Positions 11,906 through 23,991 of a DNA stretch of 34,087 nucleotides are shown in pieces. This stretch comes from Dirinaria sp. TL-2023a (lineage: Eukaryota). Each line of letters starts with the position of its first letter. Positions within the stretch are counted from its first letter, which is position 1. The stretch spans positions 1 through 34,087 of the forward strand of contig JAVEBF010000073.1 of assembly GCA_051941275.1 (NCBI GenBank). The letters run 5' to 3'. The translations under genes and the position numbers were made by a program. The notes below the pieces were generated by a model that worked only from the letters and a program-made list of their open reading frames with translations, made no database searches and was not told where the DNA came from.

Positions 11906-13486
11906 ATGTCTTCCATTGGGAACCCGCCCACCGGCAAGCCTGGCTTTGACCTTCACGCAGACCAGCGGGGTCGGATTATTGGGACCTGTGTGGCAATCAT
12001 CGTACTCACAATCGGTTTTGTCATTCTTCGTCTCCTCTCACGAAAGCTTTCAAGAGCTGGTTTATGGGTAAGATTCGACAATGCTAAAATTGCAATACCA
12101 AGACTAAGTGAACCTCTTAGTGGGACGATTACCTGACGGTCGTTGCCCTGGTACAATATCGATCAGAGTTTTCCATGCAAGGCAGCAAATTAATGAGCTC
12201 AGGTCTTCTCTAACGTATGTGCCATAATCTGGTTGATCGGTAGGACGCATATCATACAATGGAGCAAGAGGAGATTGACTCATACCGGTGCAGAAATCGC
12301 CAATGGATATGGCAGACACATATACATATGGGGTCCAGCGGAAGGCATTGGCAAAGAAAGAGCTTGGCTAAAAGGCCTTTTTGTCTTCGAGCTTTTCTTC
12401 CACACAGCAACAACGCTCTCGAAATTCGCCATGTATGGATATCCTTTTCTTTCCAGTCTCAAGCACTGAAGTGTGGGTCACTAGTCTCGCATTCTATTAC
12501 AGAATCTTCGCTGTCACACGGTTTCGAAGTGTCTTGGTCTGGGTTGGGATACTCTGTGTGGTTTACATGGTGTCGATTGACCTCACCATTCTTTTCCAGT
12601 GGTATGCTTTTCCTGCACTGCTAGGTTCCAAAACTCACGCATATAGCCGTCCTATTCATTATGTCTGGGATCGAGTAGATGAAAGCGTCAAAGGCCACTG
12701 CTTCAATGTGGACGATTTCTTCATCGGTAGTGGGTCGGTCAATGTCATTCTCAACTTTGTGGTCTTCGTACTTGTATGTATCTTCTTTTCTTCCTGTCCG
12801 CATTCTAGGAGCACTGATTGTGCCCTAGCCCATACCGTTGCTATGGCGCCTTCGCACCACCATGAAGCAGCAGATTATCTTGACCACTATCTTTACCTTG
12901 GCCGGATTGTAAGTTATGGGAAAGGTCCGAAACTGCTGCCCGTAGCTGATATGAACTTCAGCGTTGTCTTGGTAAGCATAATCTGGATCGTTGTCTTATC
13001 GAGACTTGAGCAGACAGATGTGACCTGTAAGTAGACTTCCTAGGACTGATAAAGCCTATTCCGACTAACATACGCCTAGGGAACTACATCAACGCAGGTA
13101 TCTGGTCCGCACTGGAGCCAAACATGGCCGTTGTCTGCGCGTGTATACCTAGCCTCCGTCCGCTCATTACTATAGTCACCCGCGGCGTCTTCAACCACCC
13201 GCTCGTAAAAAGTACAATGAAATCCGGTAGCAGTACCTTGTCCAAGAGAGGGTGGGGGAGCTTGAATGGAAGGACGACTGATGGCTTGCCCAGCCGCTTC
13301 AGCCATCTTGACGAGCAAGACGACCTTCGACCTCTCGGCCACGGAGTGTTTGTGCGTGGCGGGAGGCTCAATGACGGGTCGCCGGATATGGAAGATGTCG
13401 AGATTCCTCAGCATGGAATCAATGTCAGGACAGAAATAACGCTAGAGACGAGTGATCGATTGATTTACAATGACAGGTTGTACTAA
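11906..13486 (+). CDS. PTH11-like fungal rhodopsin-domain integral membrane protein (7 TM, no CFEM domain), 9 exons, ~387 aa
   Basis: Exons 11906-12067, 12121-12150, 12203-12239, 12294-12432, 12485-12601, 12647-12773, 12829-12908, 12962-13026 and 13080-13486, all GT..AG, 1164 nt. Family motifs FVILRL, GLWWDD, GYGRHI, SKFAILAFYYRIF, FQCRPIHYVWD..GHC, LPIPLLWRL and WSALEPNMAVVCACIPSLRPL. Confidence 0.93.
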
Positions 13487-14466
13487 GGATTAGCAGGGGT
13501 CCAGCGATACATATTGTACGATTTCTTTCCACGTCCATCACCGGTATAATAATTCCAAGATGTTTTCGGATATTCCAACAGCAGAGCCGTAGCTGGCATT
13601 ATCATTGCCCTCTCCTCTGCGAATTGCCTACTTAATAGCTCTCCATGGGTGCGGTGGTGAAGTACCATAGCCATAGCTGGTGGCTTATAGGACACCTTAG
13701 CTAGTCGAAGGCGAGTAAGAGGAAGTGATCTTCTTAGCACACATTGTAGGACCGACTTCTAATCTTTTACTTGGGCGTGCGGGCTATCGTGAGCAATTAC
13801 ATCGAAAACCTGGCTCCTCGGTGATACCTTGCTGTCAGCATCGCTATATTTGGAAATGACACTGCTTACTAGTTTTACCTAATTCGGGATAGATTGTCGT
13901 TCACATTTTTCCGAAGTTTTTCCCATAATACTCGGAGACGATCAGTCTGAGGCTGACAGCGCGAGAAGCCTTGCAGCAGGGAACGCCATGGAAAGGTGAT
14001 GGTAAAATCGATATTATTCATTATCACTGGTTCCTGGAGACCACCAGGAACGGATGAGCCAGCCGCAACAGGTATGGCGCCAAAAGCTTGCTTGGCTAAT
14101 GCGTTCAGCTGAACTCAATTCTGAGTTGTGACATGATGACGACAGTGAGAGCTGTTACGAGCTGAATATTTTCCGGACAAATGAAGAGCGGTCGTCGGCC
14201 CAGCAAATGCATTCGTCCAGAGTTGAAGTGGTACCAGACTCATATTCCATCTGTCAATGGTCAGACAGGTGCCGGTTTGATTTCCGTCGCCGAGCCTGAA
14301 TCCTCCAAAGCTTCACAGCTGGGAGCTTTGTCATCTCGGCCTTGTTTTAAGGTAGGTCTAATCTCCTGTGGCTATGGATTTCTCAATTTCGAAAGACATC
14401 TTTTCTCTCTCGTCAAGCCGCGGAAGGACCTTCACCCAAGTTTCGTTGGACATTGTATGATCAGAC

Positions 14467-15527
14467 ATGATGATGATTTCTTACGTCGTGCTTATTTCCC
14501 TGCTCCTAGTTACTCTGGGAGAAGCACAGATTAAGGCTTGCTATGCCTGGGACGGGTCGTCTTCTGGGAATTTCCCATGTGATCCGGAAGCCGAAGTACA
14601 CCTCCTTGCAACAGCTCGATTCTTCATTCTAATTCAAAGCATAGGTGAGCACATGCTGCGGTCCAGGTAGTATCTGCATGACCAGCCTCTACTGCACCTC
14701 CCAATTCAATACATCGCTTGTTGGTTGTTGTACCGACAGAACATGGAAGAGCGAGGCATGCCCGTATCGTCTAGGTTTGTGTTTTTGCTATAAAGAGATA
14801 AAATGTGATCTGATTTGAAGATATAGAACTGAATGAACATACGGATCCCCTCACCCAACATTTCAGTTACGCCAAAAACGTCACTATCTGCGGCGATGGA
14901 ACTGTCTGCCCTGGGCCCAAAAACCAGACCTGCTGCAAGAATCATCAGGGACGAACCGAGCTCAATTTTCACAACCGAGCAAGGCTTCCAGAGTCGGTCA
15001 CTGGCCTTGCATCTTACTACGCGCAAGCAGGGTACACCATTCCCACGTCCTCGGCCACAGCGGCCACCAGAGACCATGTCGCACAGACCACGTCGGTCGA
15101 TACGCATCCTGCAGGAACAACCTCTACGCAACAAGTTACCGCTTCTTCTCTGCCTTCGAAGCAAACTCTGGCTCCTGTACCTTCGGCGTCAGGCTTGAGC
15201 ACGGGCGCAAAAGCTGGCATAGGTGTTGCTGTAGGAGTAACAGCTATGATCTGCGCCACTGTGGCATTTCTTTTCTACACACGCCGACGGAACCGCAATT
15301 GGGATAAGGGGTCTGGGATGCCTGATCGTGGTGCGTATCCGTGGCACTGGAAGGCCGGTGATGGGTACCCTTGGTTGTGGAAAGACCAGTATCAGAGCTC
15401 ATCACACAATCATGCGTCGCCGGAGCTGGGCTCGGAGTCGGCCAAGTATGAGGCTGATGCTTCGAGCGACTCGCAACTGAACAGCCCGCAAGAGCTGGCT
15501 GGTGATGGAATTCAGCGGAAAGCTTAA
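14467..15527 (+). CDS. Type I single-pass membrane protein with a Cys-rich ectodomain and Ser/Thr stalk (Mid2/Wsc-like cell-surface sensor architecture), 3 exons, ~319 aa
   Basis: Exons 14467-14595, 14645-14774 and 14827-15527 join in frame. Signal peptide; CY..FPCDP..STCCGPGSIC..LYC..GCCTDRTWKSEACP..ICGDGTVCP..TCC; S/T stalk; TM helix LSTGAKAGIGVAVGVTAMICATVAFLFY followed by the basic stop-transfer RRRNR; tail with ELG/ELAG motifs. Confidence 0.9.
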
Positions 15528-17493
15528 AGGACCATTATGTTGGTGTTAGAATTGCTGAAGGCTGGAAGAACTTTTCTTACGGGATCTACAATAATCTCTC
15601 CTAATACTACGGCTATGTTTCTGCGATACTAGTGCCAAAGGAAGTGGCCATTCACCGCAAAGACCCGTGATGAGTGCGATTACATCAGGCCGAGCAGCTC
15701 TAAACTCACAAGGTACTATTCTGGAGCATGTAACCTCCGCAGTCCACCCCTGGTTCCTAAGTTTCCTGGAGCGCCAACTTTGAACGTAAATCCTGGATGG
15801 AGCGGGAAGGACCATACATGTCGGCGCGACACAGAACGATCATCGCAGGACCTTGGCTTTTGCCGGTAATTGCAATTGACCAGTTTGAGCACCAGAATAG
15901 CCACTGAGTGAATCTTAAAGAAAGTCCTTATCTCATCTCATGCAGACGGTGCTACATCAAGCCTCTAGTGGTTCGATTTACTATTTTCCTAATATGAGCA
16001 GCTTTCCTTGTACGTCGATTGGCTCCCAATTGCTTCCAAGACTGGCGCCAAAGATTGAGGTCTCACGTGATCTAATATCCGCTCTATTGCGCAAACTCGC
16101 GAGATTAAAATATTAAGATGCGCTGTGGGTGAATCGGGTGTGCCTTTGACGGCATATCAAATTATCTAGGGGGCAATTTTTGGTAGCCCTTCCAGTGGCT
16201 TTCAGTTGGCGATCACTGCACTGGCCTACGCATGAATGCTTGCATATCTCGATTCGAGAGGGTTACTCTCCTAGGCAGCTCCATGCCAAGAAATGCCTCT
16301 ACACGTTGACACTCAAGGACAATGGAGGATTCCATCCTGTCAGTACCTGTGGATCTCATGCACTGAATCATTGTCGTGCAATACAAGGCAGTCAATCATT
16401 GCGGAGAGAGGTAAAGCACTATCTCGAAGGACGAAAAGATTTAGCCTGACAAACAAAGAGCTTGCGACGCGTTGGTGTTATGGCCTCGAAGCTTGGATGA
16501 TATATTCAGGTCGATTTTGCTTTAAACCCGTTCACAACCTTTCCCCGCCTACGTCACTCAAAGCAAAGACTGATACTTGTGGATGAAAACGGACACACTT
16601 ACAGCTACTGCTTACGCTGCGAGGCGGCAGATGCAAGCCCGACCGCATTCAAGCTCATGCTCCTTGCAATCGTGCGTTTCCTTCCTTCCGCTCATGCTGG
16701 CAATTTAAAGATATTTGCGCTCCACTTCGTCATTGTACATGTCAGGGTTTTTTTGCATTTTCCATCTATGGACGTGCGAGCAGCATGATCAACGGTTTTC
16801 CATCTCTTTTGCAAAGATGAACCGGGTTGAATGTGCTCAGGTCATCCTGGATCTGCGCTTCATACCTTTCATTTAGCTGGTCTCCCGGGGACGGAGTGTT
16901 GGCAGAACATCATTTTCCGCAGCGCGAAATCATCATGTAGACTTGAAGCCGCAACCACTCGGTGGCTTAAGCGCATGCATTATGCCGCTCAGGCCCACTT
17001 CCCCAGAGTCAGAAACCCCGATGATTGCAGCACAAGATGCGGAGATTATGCATAAGCAAGCCACTTGATACCGAATCCTCAAAGCCCAAGGCCGTACCAC
17101 CGCGGATTTATAGGTGATACCTTGTCAGTTTGATGCGGACTCTCCATTTCAATGAGTCGTTGCGGTGTTGGCTTTTTAATTCCGAGAAGATTATTGCACA
17201 ATGGTCTCAAGCGTTCCACTCACTGATGCTCTACTCGACAACCAGAGCCTACTTAGCTCTGGTTTCGTGACATAGGCTGGATAGGAACAAAAGGGCGCGA
17301 TGAGACAACAGATCCGACGTCATATATCTCCGGAATGGCTCTGTGGCATAAAAGACCTGGATGTCTCGTGTGTGTATCTTCAAGAGATATCAAGGTACCT
17401 CCGGCCATGCATCAATTATCGTTCCTCAGTCTTTCGAATGCATAGATTGGTGCTTGACATGCGTAAAACTACCACCAATCTGGAAGAGGGATC

Positions 17494-18947
17494 ATGGGCC
17501 GTGCCAATGAATCTTTCAACGACGAGGAAAGCGCCGTACAATCAGGCACTTCAATAGCTAGCTCAACGTCCTCCTACCATCTGAAGCAGACCGACACATT
17601 TGACGTACCAGATGGCGGAGTACTTGCATGGTTTCACTGCTTCTCGGCTTTCTTATTGTTCTTCAGTGGCTGGGGGATAATAAACAGCTATGGTAAGATA
17701 GCATAACATCTTCACGTCTGACGTCGCTGACGTACTCTTTTAGGCGTCTACCAGACATTTTATGAGCAAAAAGTTCTCTCCCACATTTCTGTTTCGAATG
17801 TGGCGTGGATAGGGTCACTACAAGCGTTCCTTTCCGTCCTCCTTGGCGTCGTTGCAGGTCCCATGTATGACCACGGCTTTATCCGCACTCTCTCCGCCAC
17901 CGGCACTGCTTTGCTCGTTTCTGGCTTGTTTCTGACAAGCTTTGCCCGTGAATACTGGCATTTTATGGTCGCGCAAGGATTGATGGTTGGCGTTGGAGGA
18001 GGCCTGCTCTTTCTACCGGGCCTGCTTGCCCTTTCGAAATACTTTCGTGTCCGATTAGCGCTGGCTCAGGGTATCGCGACAAGTGGAGGTAGCCTAGGTA
18101 TTCACCTCAGCAAAACATGCGGCTTTATCTACATATATTGATATTTCGGGCAGGTGGTGTTATCTACCCCATAGTATTCAGCCAGCTGCAACCCAGGCTT
18201 GGATTCGAATGGACCACTCGGGTCATCGCTCTGCTTGCAGCTAGCACCCTCTCAGTGCCGGTCACATGCCTGAGGATGCGTACTCCTACGGGGACAACAG
18301 AGCGCCACCGCATGGTAGATCTGTCAGCCTGGCGGGAGCTCCCTTACTCCCTTTTCGCTCTTGCCATTTTCTTCGGCTTCGTTGGGTTCTACGTCCCGTT
18401 TTGCTACATCCAGGAATTCTCCACTAGCAAGTCCATCATGAACGATGACCTCGTATTCTACCTTTTGCCAATCCTCAACGCCGGGGCCATCTGTGGTCGT
18501 ATCGTAAGTGCACTAGCCCCCCTCAATGCTTATTATCCGCTAAAATGCACCCTCCAGATGCTCAACGTCTTCGCGGACTACCTTGGCCCCTTAAACACGC
18601 TCTTGCCGTGCACTTGCATCTCTGCCGCCCTCGTCTTGGTATGGATATTTCTGCGGACGCTTCCTGGGATAATAAGCTTCTGCGTCCTCTACGGGTTTTT
18701 CTCCGGTCCGCTGATATCGCTCACTCCCCAAATCGTCGCAAACTTCTGTCCGGATTCCACAGCGATCGGTACACGCACAGGAATGCTATTCCTTTCCATG
18801 GCCTTTGGCTACTTGATCGGGAATCCTGTTGCTGGCGTCGTCTTGAGAGCTGGATGGGCACCATTGCAGGTTTTCTGCGCTGGTACCATGTTCTCCAGTG
18901 CGGCAGTTATGTTGGTCGTGAAAACTAGGCTTAGAAAACCGGAATAG
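17494..18947 (+). CDS. MFS transporter, monocarboxylate porter (Mch/MCT) family, 4 exons, ~430 aa
   Basis: Exons 17494-17692, 17744-18097, 18154-18503 and 18558-18947. Motifs VPDGGVLAW, WGIINSYGVYQTFY, AWIGSLQ, AGPMYDHG, AQGLMVGVGGGLLF, GGSLGGVIYPI, GFEWTTR, GFYVPF, ADYLGPLN and GTRTGM. Confidence 0.95.
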
Positions 18948-19004
18948 ATGGGGTTGCTCAGCAGCTTCTGTTGTGGTACTCTACTATGTATCTCAACGTG
19001 AGAA

Positions 19005-19900
19005 TTAAGGCCTCGGAGCTGGGACTGACCTTCGAAGCATCGGACACGCCAGAGGCACCAGCGATCTTGGACAATTTTCATCACTGACAGCCGAGTTTAT
19101 CAAGTGTCGCGAGTTCGGAACTTGAGGATAGAGATCAATGGCTAAATATTTTAACCCACCGCTACCTCCTCCATCTGCGAGATCCAGCTCAATGCACTTC
19201 TTGCCTGCCACCTTAGTCACAGTATGATAGACCCTTCAAAGTTGAATACTCAAGTAGCAAGATTACTTCCCCAAGCAGAGTATGAGGCGAGATCTTCTAT
19301 GATAAAGCTTCTATTGCTCCAAACAAAAATAATATCCAAGCGAACCCCAACCTTTCAAATATAATGCTCTTCTGCCCTCGCTTTTGCAAAATTGATTTTG
19401 ATTCCGAACTCCAATGTGCATTGACATGCGGCTTCAACAACAACTAGCCAGACCTGAGAAAAATCTCCGCGATAGCTTGCTTCATGCCTGGCACTTGTTT
19501 TTATTTTTAGTCGTCTATTTTATGTATGTTATTTCACGAAGGGGGCAAGGTCCAACTTAGTCCTATTTCCACTGCCGAAGTGGTCAGAGAGCTCGATGTA
19601 ACTATTTCTCTTGTTGATAAAAGTGGCTTTGCGTGTTTTCTTACCTCCGGTTGACTGGGTCATTTGGGGTTTTGGTTGGGGGGAGTTTAAGCCCGTGGGG
19701 CAGGAATTTTTTAGATTTAATTGGTTGTAGGAGGGAGGGATTTAGTGGGTCTGGTTATTATCTGGTTAAATGTGGTAAGTATAATAAAAGATTGCAGGGT
19801 GGAAGGAGTATATAAAGTGTGCTCTGTTTAAAGTGGCATTTGAATTTGGAAATATGCTGTTATGGTAATAGAAGTTCAATTATACGTATTAGTCTCTGTG
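19005..19900 (-). pseudogene. Decayed protein-coding gene, family unrecognised
   Basis: One minus frame reads QVWLVVVEAACQCTLEFGIKINFAKARAEEHYI*KVGVRLDIIFVWSNRSFIIEDLASYSAWGSNLAT*VFNFEGSIIL with in-frame TGA at 19357-19355 and 19252-19250. After a frame change it continues VTKVAGKKCIELDLADGG..LKYLAIDLYPQV. An upstream exon-like piece ends at a GTAAGA donor near 19644. 19650-19900 is strongly C-depleted on the + strand. Confidence 0.45.
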
Positions 19901-20430
19901 AATTGCATATGCAGGTGATACTGAGGAGTCTGTTATTTTCGATTATGGGACGTGGCTTCTGATTTTATCAGGTACTATCATGCGCTCGCTCTACACTGTT
20001 TCTTCGCAAAAGATGCTGAACTTGAAGTGATAGGTTAAAGGATTTGATCTAAGGATCTTGAACTTTTTGACTATTGGTCATGAATTTCGGCATACACGGT
20101 GCGGAGGGGTGACATCTTCCTTCTCCAGAGCTTTGGCATAACAGATGCAATCCTCCGTGTAAGTCATGGTAGAGACGTTGATAGTGCGGCTTGAGACTTC
20201 CATAGGGCTTAGCATTGTTCTTGATATGATTTGACATGAGACCCATATCTGGCCTGAGATCTATTTTATCAATCCTTCGGGCCTTACGGTTCCTTTGATA
20301 GATTAAAGTCTTCATCGCCGTAGTACAGCATTCTATTGTCAAGGGTAGTTCGAAACCCTCTGGCTGTTCCAAACAGTTCCCACTGATGGAATTGAAGATG
20401 CGGAGGATACCGATTTCAGTGCTCGTAAAG

Positions 20431-20450
20431 AAAAAAAAAAAAAAAAAAAA
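20431..20450. repeat. Poly(A) mononucleotide tract (A20)
   Basis: Read directly. Confidence 0.9.
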
Positions 20451-21058
20451 CAAAAAACCGGTGCCGAGCTTGCTCCTTGTTCCCACTTATTGATACATGC
20501 TTTTGAGATTTGCGAGCTGCTTGATTTCATTAGAGTAACAAGTAAATGGTACGAGAGAAATATATGCGGTCGAGCAAGACGTTTCAGGGAGGGCACGAGC
20601 TGAGCTCGTCCTATGGGGGAAGACGTTGGTACTTGTGCTTGTGTGGCTAGTCGCACCACTATAAGCCTATGGGAGAGAAAGAAGCTGGCACTCCTCACTT
20701 GCTCCATACCAAGGTAGTTGCGCACGTACTGTCAGTGATATTCTGCCACAATAATGCCAATTCTAAGATTCTGCATCGAATGCAAGAGCAGTTGCTTTTT
20801 TTTTTCCCCCCTCAAAATTCCGACTAAAGCCAACTCAACCGGTTTTCGTAGTTATTAAGTGTCCTGAAGATTACTCTAACCGTGGACGTTTGGAGGCAAT
20901 CTCATTTCGACATCATATTTGACAATAGACTCAAGCCCAGTCGTTCAAGAAGGACAAAGATCTAAGACCGATGATGCTATTTTTGAACTCGTGGCTCCGT
21001 GATATCATTAGGTTCAGATTTATGCCCATAATTAGATATACTTGCAATGTCTCGCACC

Positions 21059-21086
21059 GGCTCCAGCGCATAGGCTCCAGCGCATA
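21059..21086. repeat. Perfect 14-bp tandem duplication (ggctccagcgcata x2)
   Basis: Read directly: 21059-21072 and 21073-21086 are identical. Confidence 0.9.
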
Positions 21087-23991
21087 AAACTCGACGCAAA
21101 TCTTGAATACGAAGAAACGTTTGTCCAGGGAGGGACAAGTTGATCCTCAAAACCCTCCTCGTGGATGATGCGTCACTTTCTCATCGCAAAAGCAGAATCC
21201 GGCCTGTATGACCTTAGTGATGAGGCACAGTAATCCAAAGCTGTTTCCCGATCTGTGTGTTTCGATTTCAAACGCTGGCTGCAGGCAGAAGCACATAGTT
21301 GACGTAAGTACGGTGTATTTTCTTTAGCAGAGATTCTACTCAGTGTCTTGTAGGAAAGTAAGCTATGCTTCCACTGACTTGTTATAGGGCCAAGCTCAAG
21401 TTAATCGGGCAATGAGAATTCTAGCTTGGTATACTGCGAGCTCTTTCTTATTGTCGCTAGAGTATTCGTACCCGGCCGATACATGTGCGAGCTTTAGGAA
21501 GCCCACATGAGTCAACTGCCACCAAAATTGTAACCACGTTATTCGCTCAGACATTGGTGACGTTGATCGCTCGATCTTCAAGAGATAATAAGTTCAGATG
21601 CTGGAAGTCTCCGCTGTGTATAGCGTCAGAGATTAAATTTACGACTCTCTGGCCGCATTGTAATTCCAACTCTTCCTTTCATATTACGTTGGCGTCCTGC
21701 CTCGTCCAGGCTTTTCGAGCAGGATCGCAATCGTTCGCATACGTGTAGGAAGCTCGTATAATCATGTTGTGTTGTGTAATCAGCGGCAGGACTGGAATTG
21801 CAGTAGGGAACCTGCCGCATCAAGCCGTATACGTGCAGTTAAATCTTACTGCGCAGACGAGTGCCTAGCTTGACCGGAGAACCGTGTCTAGATGTTGTAT
21901 GGATTCGTAAGTCTTTCACGGACATTCCCTGGCAGTAGCGAAAGACACCATCCAGATCCCATATTCCCTTCAGTTGAGTAAGTTGCGGCGCGTTGCTCCA
22001 ATAAATTTGCTTCAGAGACACTTACCAATGCCGCTGCATGCATCATTGGCAGCTGCATGCATCAGCAATCCACGGTGCCGTTTCTAGAGCTGCAGGAGGG
22101 TCTGGTTTGTGCGGAGCATGCCGCAGGTATTCTGGCCATGGGAGGCTCTAGCAACCCCTGTTTTTGGTAGACTGCTGCAATCATAGCCCAAGGATAGGTC
22201 TCTTCAGCTGCACCGTCCTGGGGAACGGGCAACACCAAGAGCCGGCACTTTCATGTCTTAGGAGGGGTTCCTTCGGCAATTCCTTATGAAGGACAAACTT
22301 GGATCGTGATCTCTTCGTTCTCCCTCACTATCCCATTATCCAATGATTCAACGGCGCTCTGTCAAGTGTCCAGTCGCTTTACCTGCCAATTCAAGAATCG
22401 CCATATACAGTAGGCGGCAGCGTACTTTAACGCGTAGCGATTATCGCGTCATCGGGATGAGACTGCATCGGTGCAGTACCCGGCCGGGGAGTCATAATGC
22501 AGCTGCTAAGATCATCCAGCGCGGCTGATGCTTGGCTGATAAGTCCCGACGACATGCCCGAACGTGTTAGGTAGGTCACAGATATCTGACACATCGAATG
22601 GAGGGCCACAATACCCTAATATTGCTAGGCTCTCTTACCTACCTAGTCATGAGCCATTCTAGAACAGGCTAGCATGCGCGCCAGTCACATCCCTCAGAAT
22701 TCCACGGGATGGACGATCCTGTCTCGCCCTGGGGAATCTCATGGATTCTAGTAGTAAGCCTAACCTTGCGAGTAAGCGCTGATCCAACTCTGGACCCGGG
22801 GAGACCACCACTTCAACCTTGCTCACATCTTCTGCTTCATTAATTGCGGTTATTGCCCAGTGATGTCGGGGTTAGTCGATGTCCTACTATGCTTCCACTT
22901 GTGATCGGGAGAGGTTCATAATGTTAGGGTTAGTAGGAGAAGGACTACCTTAGAAGGAGCGCTGTGAACCGAGGGTTGGTTCGGGTCTCCCGGTTGAACT
23001 TACCCTAATTGGCCGATTTACTGGCTACGCCCAGTCGGGCAGTTGATTTGTTCCCGTCAGATGGACCTCTAATGCCTTCTGGGCACTGGTGCACCCTTAG
23101 ATACCCGTGAAGCCAATTATTCTGCTCTGAGTGATAAATTCGATGATCCCCCCAGGCGTTATTCAGCTGGTCGCACTGGTGGCGTTGAGAGCGCGACCGC
23201 GCGACCATGGACTTTCCATGTGCTTATCCGTAAACCCGGCGGGAAAATCCTAGTGCATCCAGGAAGATCCTACTCTTTCGAGCCTTTCTCACTGGAATCT
23301 AGGAATATGATTGATTGACTGAATGTCACGTAAGACTAGGCTGGCTAGGAACGCTGTCATCACAGACCTAGAATCAACCAGGAAGCTAGTACTGTGGGAA
23401 ATATGCCAGAACGACATCAGGGCTAATACCTATACGACGGTACTTCGGACCATCCTTGTTCTGGTCATTCTTCTGTGCGTCTCCTGCTAAAGTGTATGTG
23501 CATTACCTACATGCACTCCTTGACATGAGAATCTCTGGTTGTGCTTCAAGCCGATTTTTGGAGGGAAAAGTACAGCATCATTTCCACCTCTTCCCGTGAC
23601 ACTGATTTTCATTGTGTAAAGAGTCAAGACCCAGAAAAGACAGAGTCGAAGTTACATTCCACATTGAAACACCTTAATTCGCCAAGAATGGCGTAAGTGA
23701 ACTCTTAGCAGGATCATGATACATGATATCTAATCATCCCTGATCGATGCACGGGCATAGCGACAGCGGTCGCAGCATTCGGCCTGGTTACACCAGACAG
23801 CATAAATACTCCGAGTTAACAGGGTCCGCTATAGGCCGCCATGCACGGCCTTTTCTATACATTGAAGGATTGGTGACACATTCCTTATCGCATCATTACG
23901 CAGGATCTGCCCAGTTCCAGGATTCGAAAAAGAACACATCCTTCTATAACTATTAGGGCGAAGCCCCTGTTCTCTTTGATCTAACTTTAAG

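Noticed and set aside
20049..20725. Two minus-strand ORFs of 128-145 aa, one with a poly-Phe pseudo signal
   Set aside because: The poly-Phe comes from the A20 tract and there is no domain signal.
22924..22933. TTAGGGTTAG telomere-like sequence
   Set aside because: Fewer than two full units, so not an interstitial telomere array.
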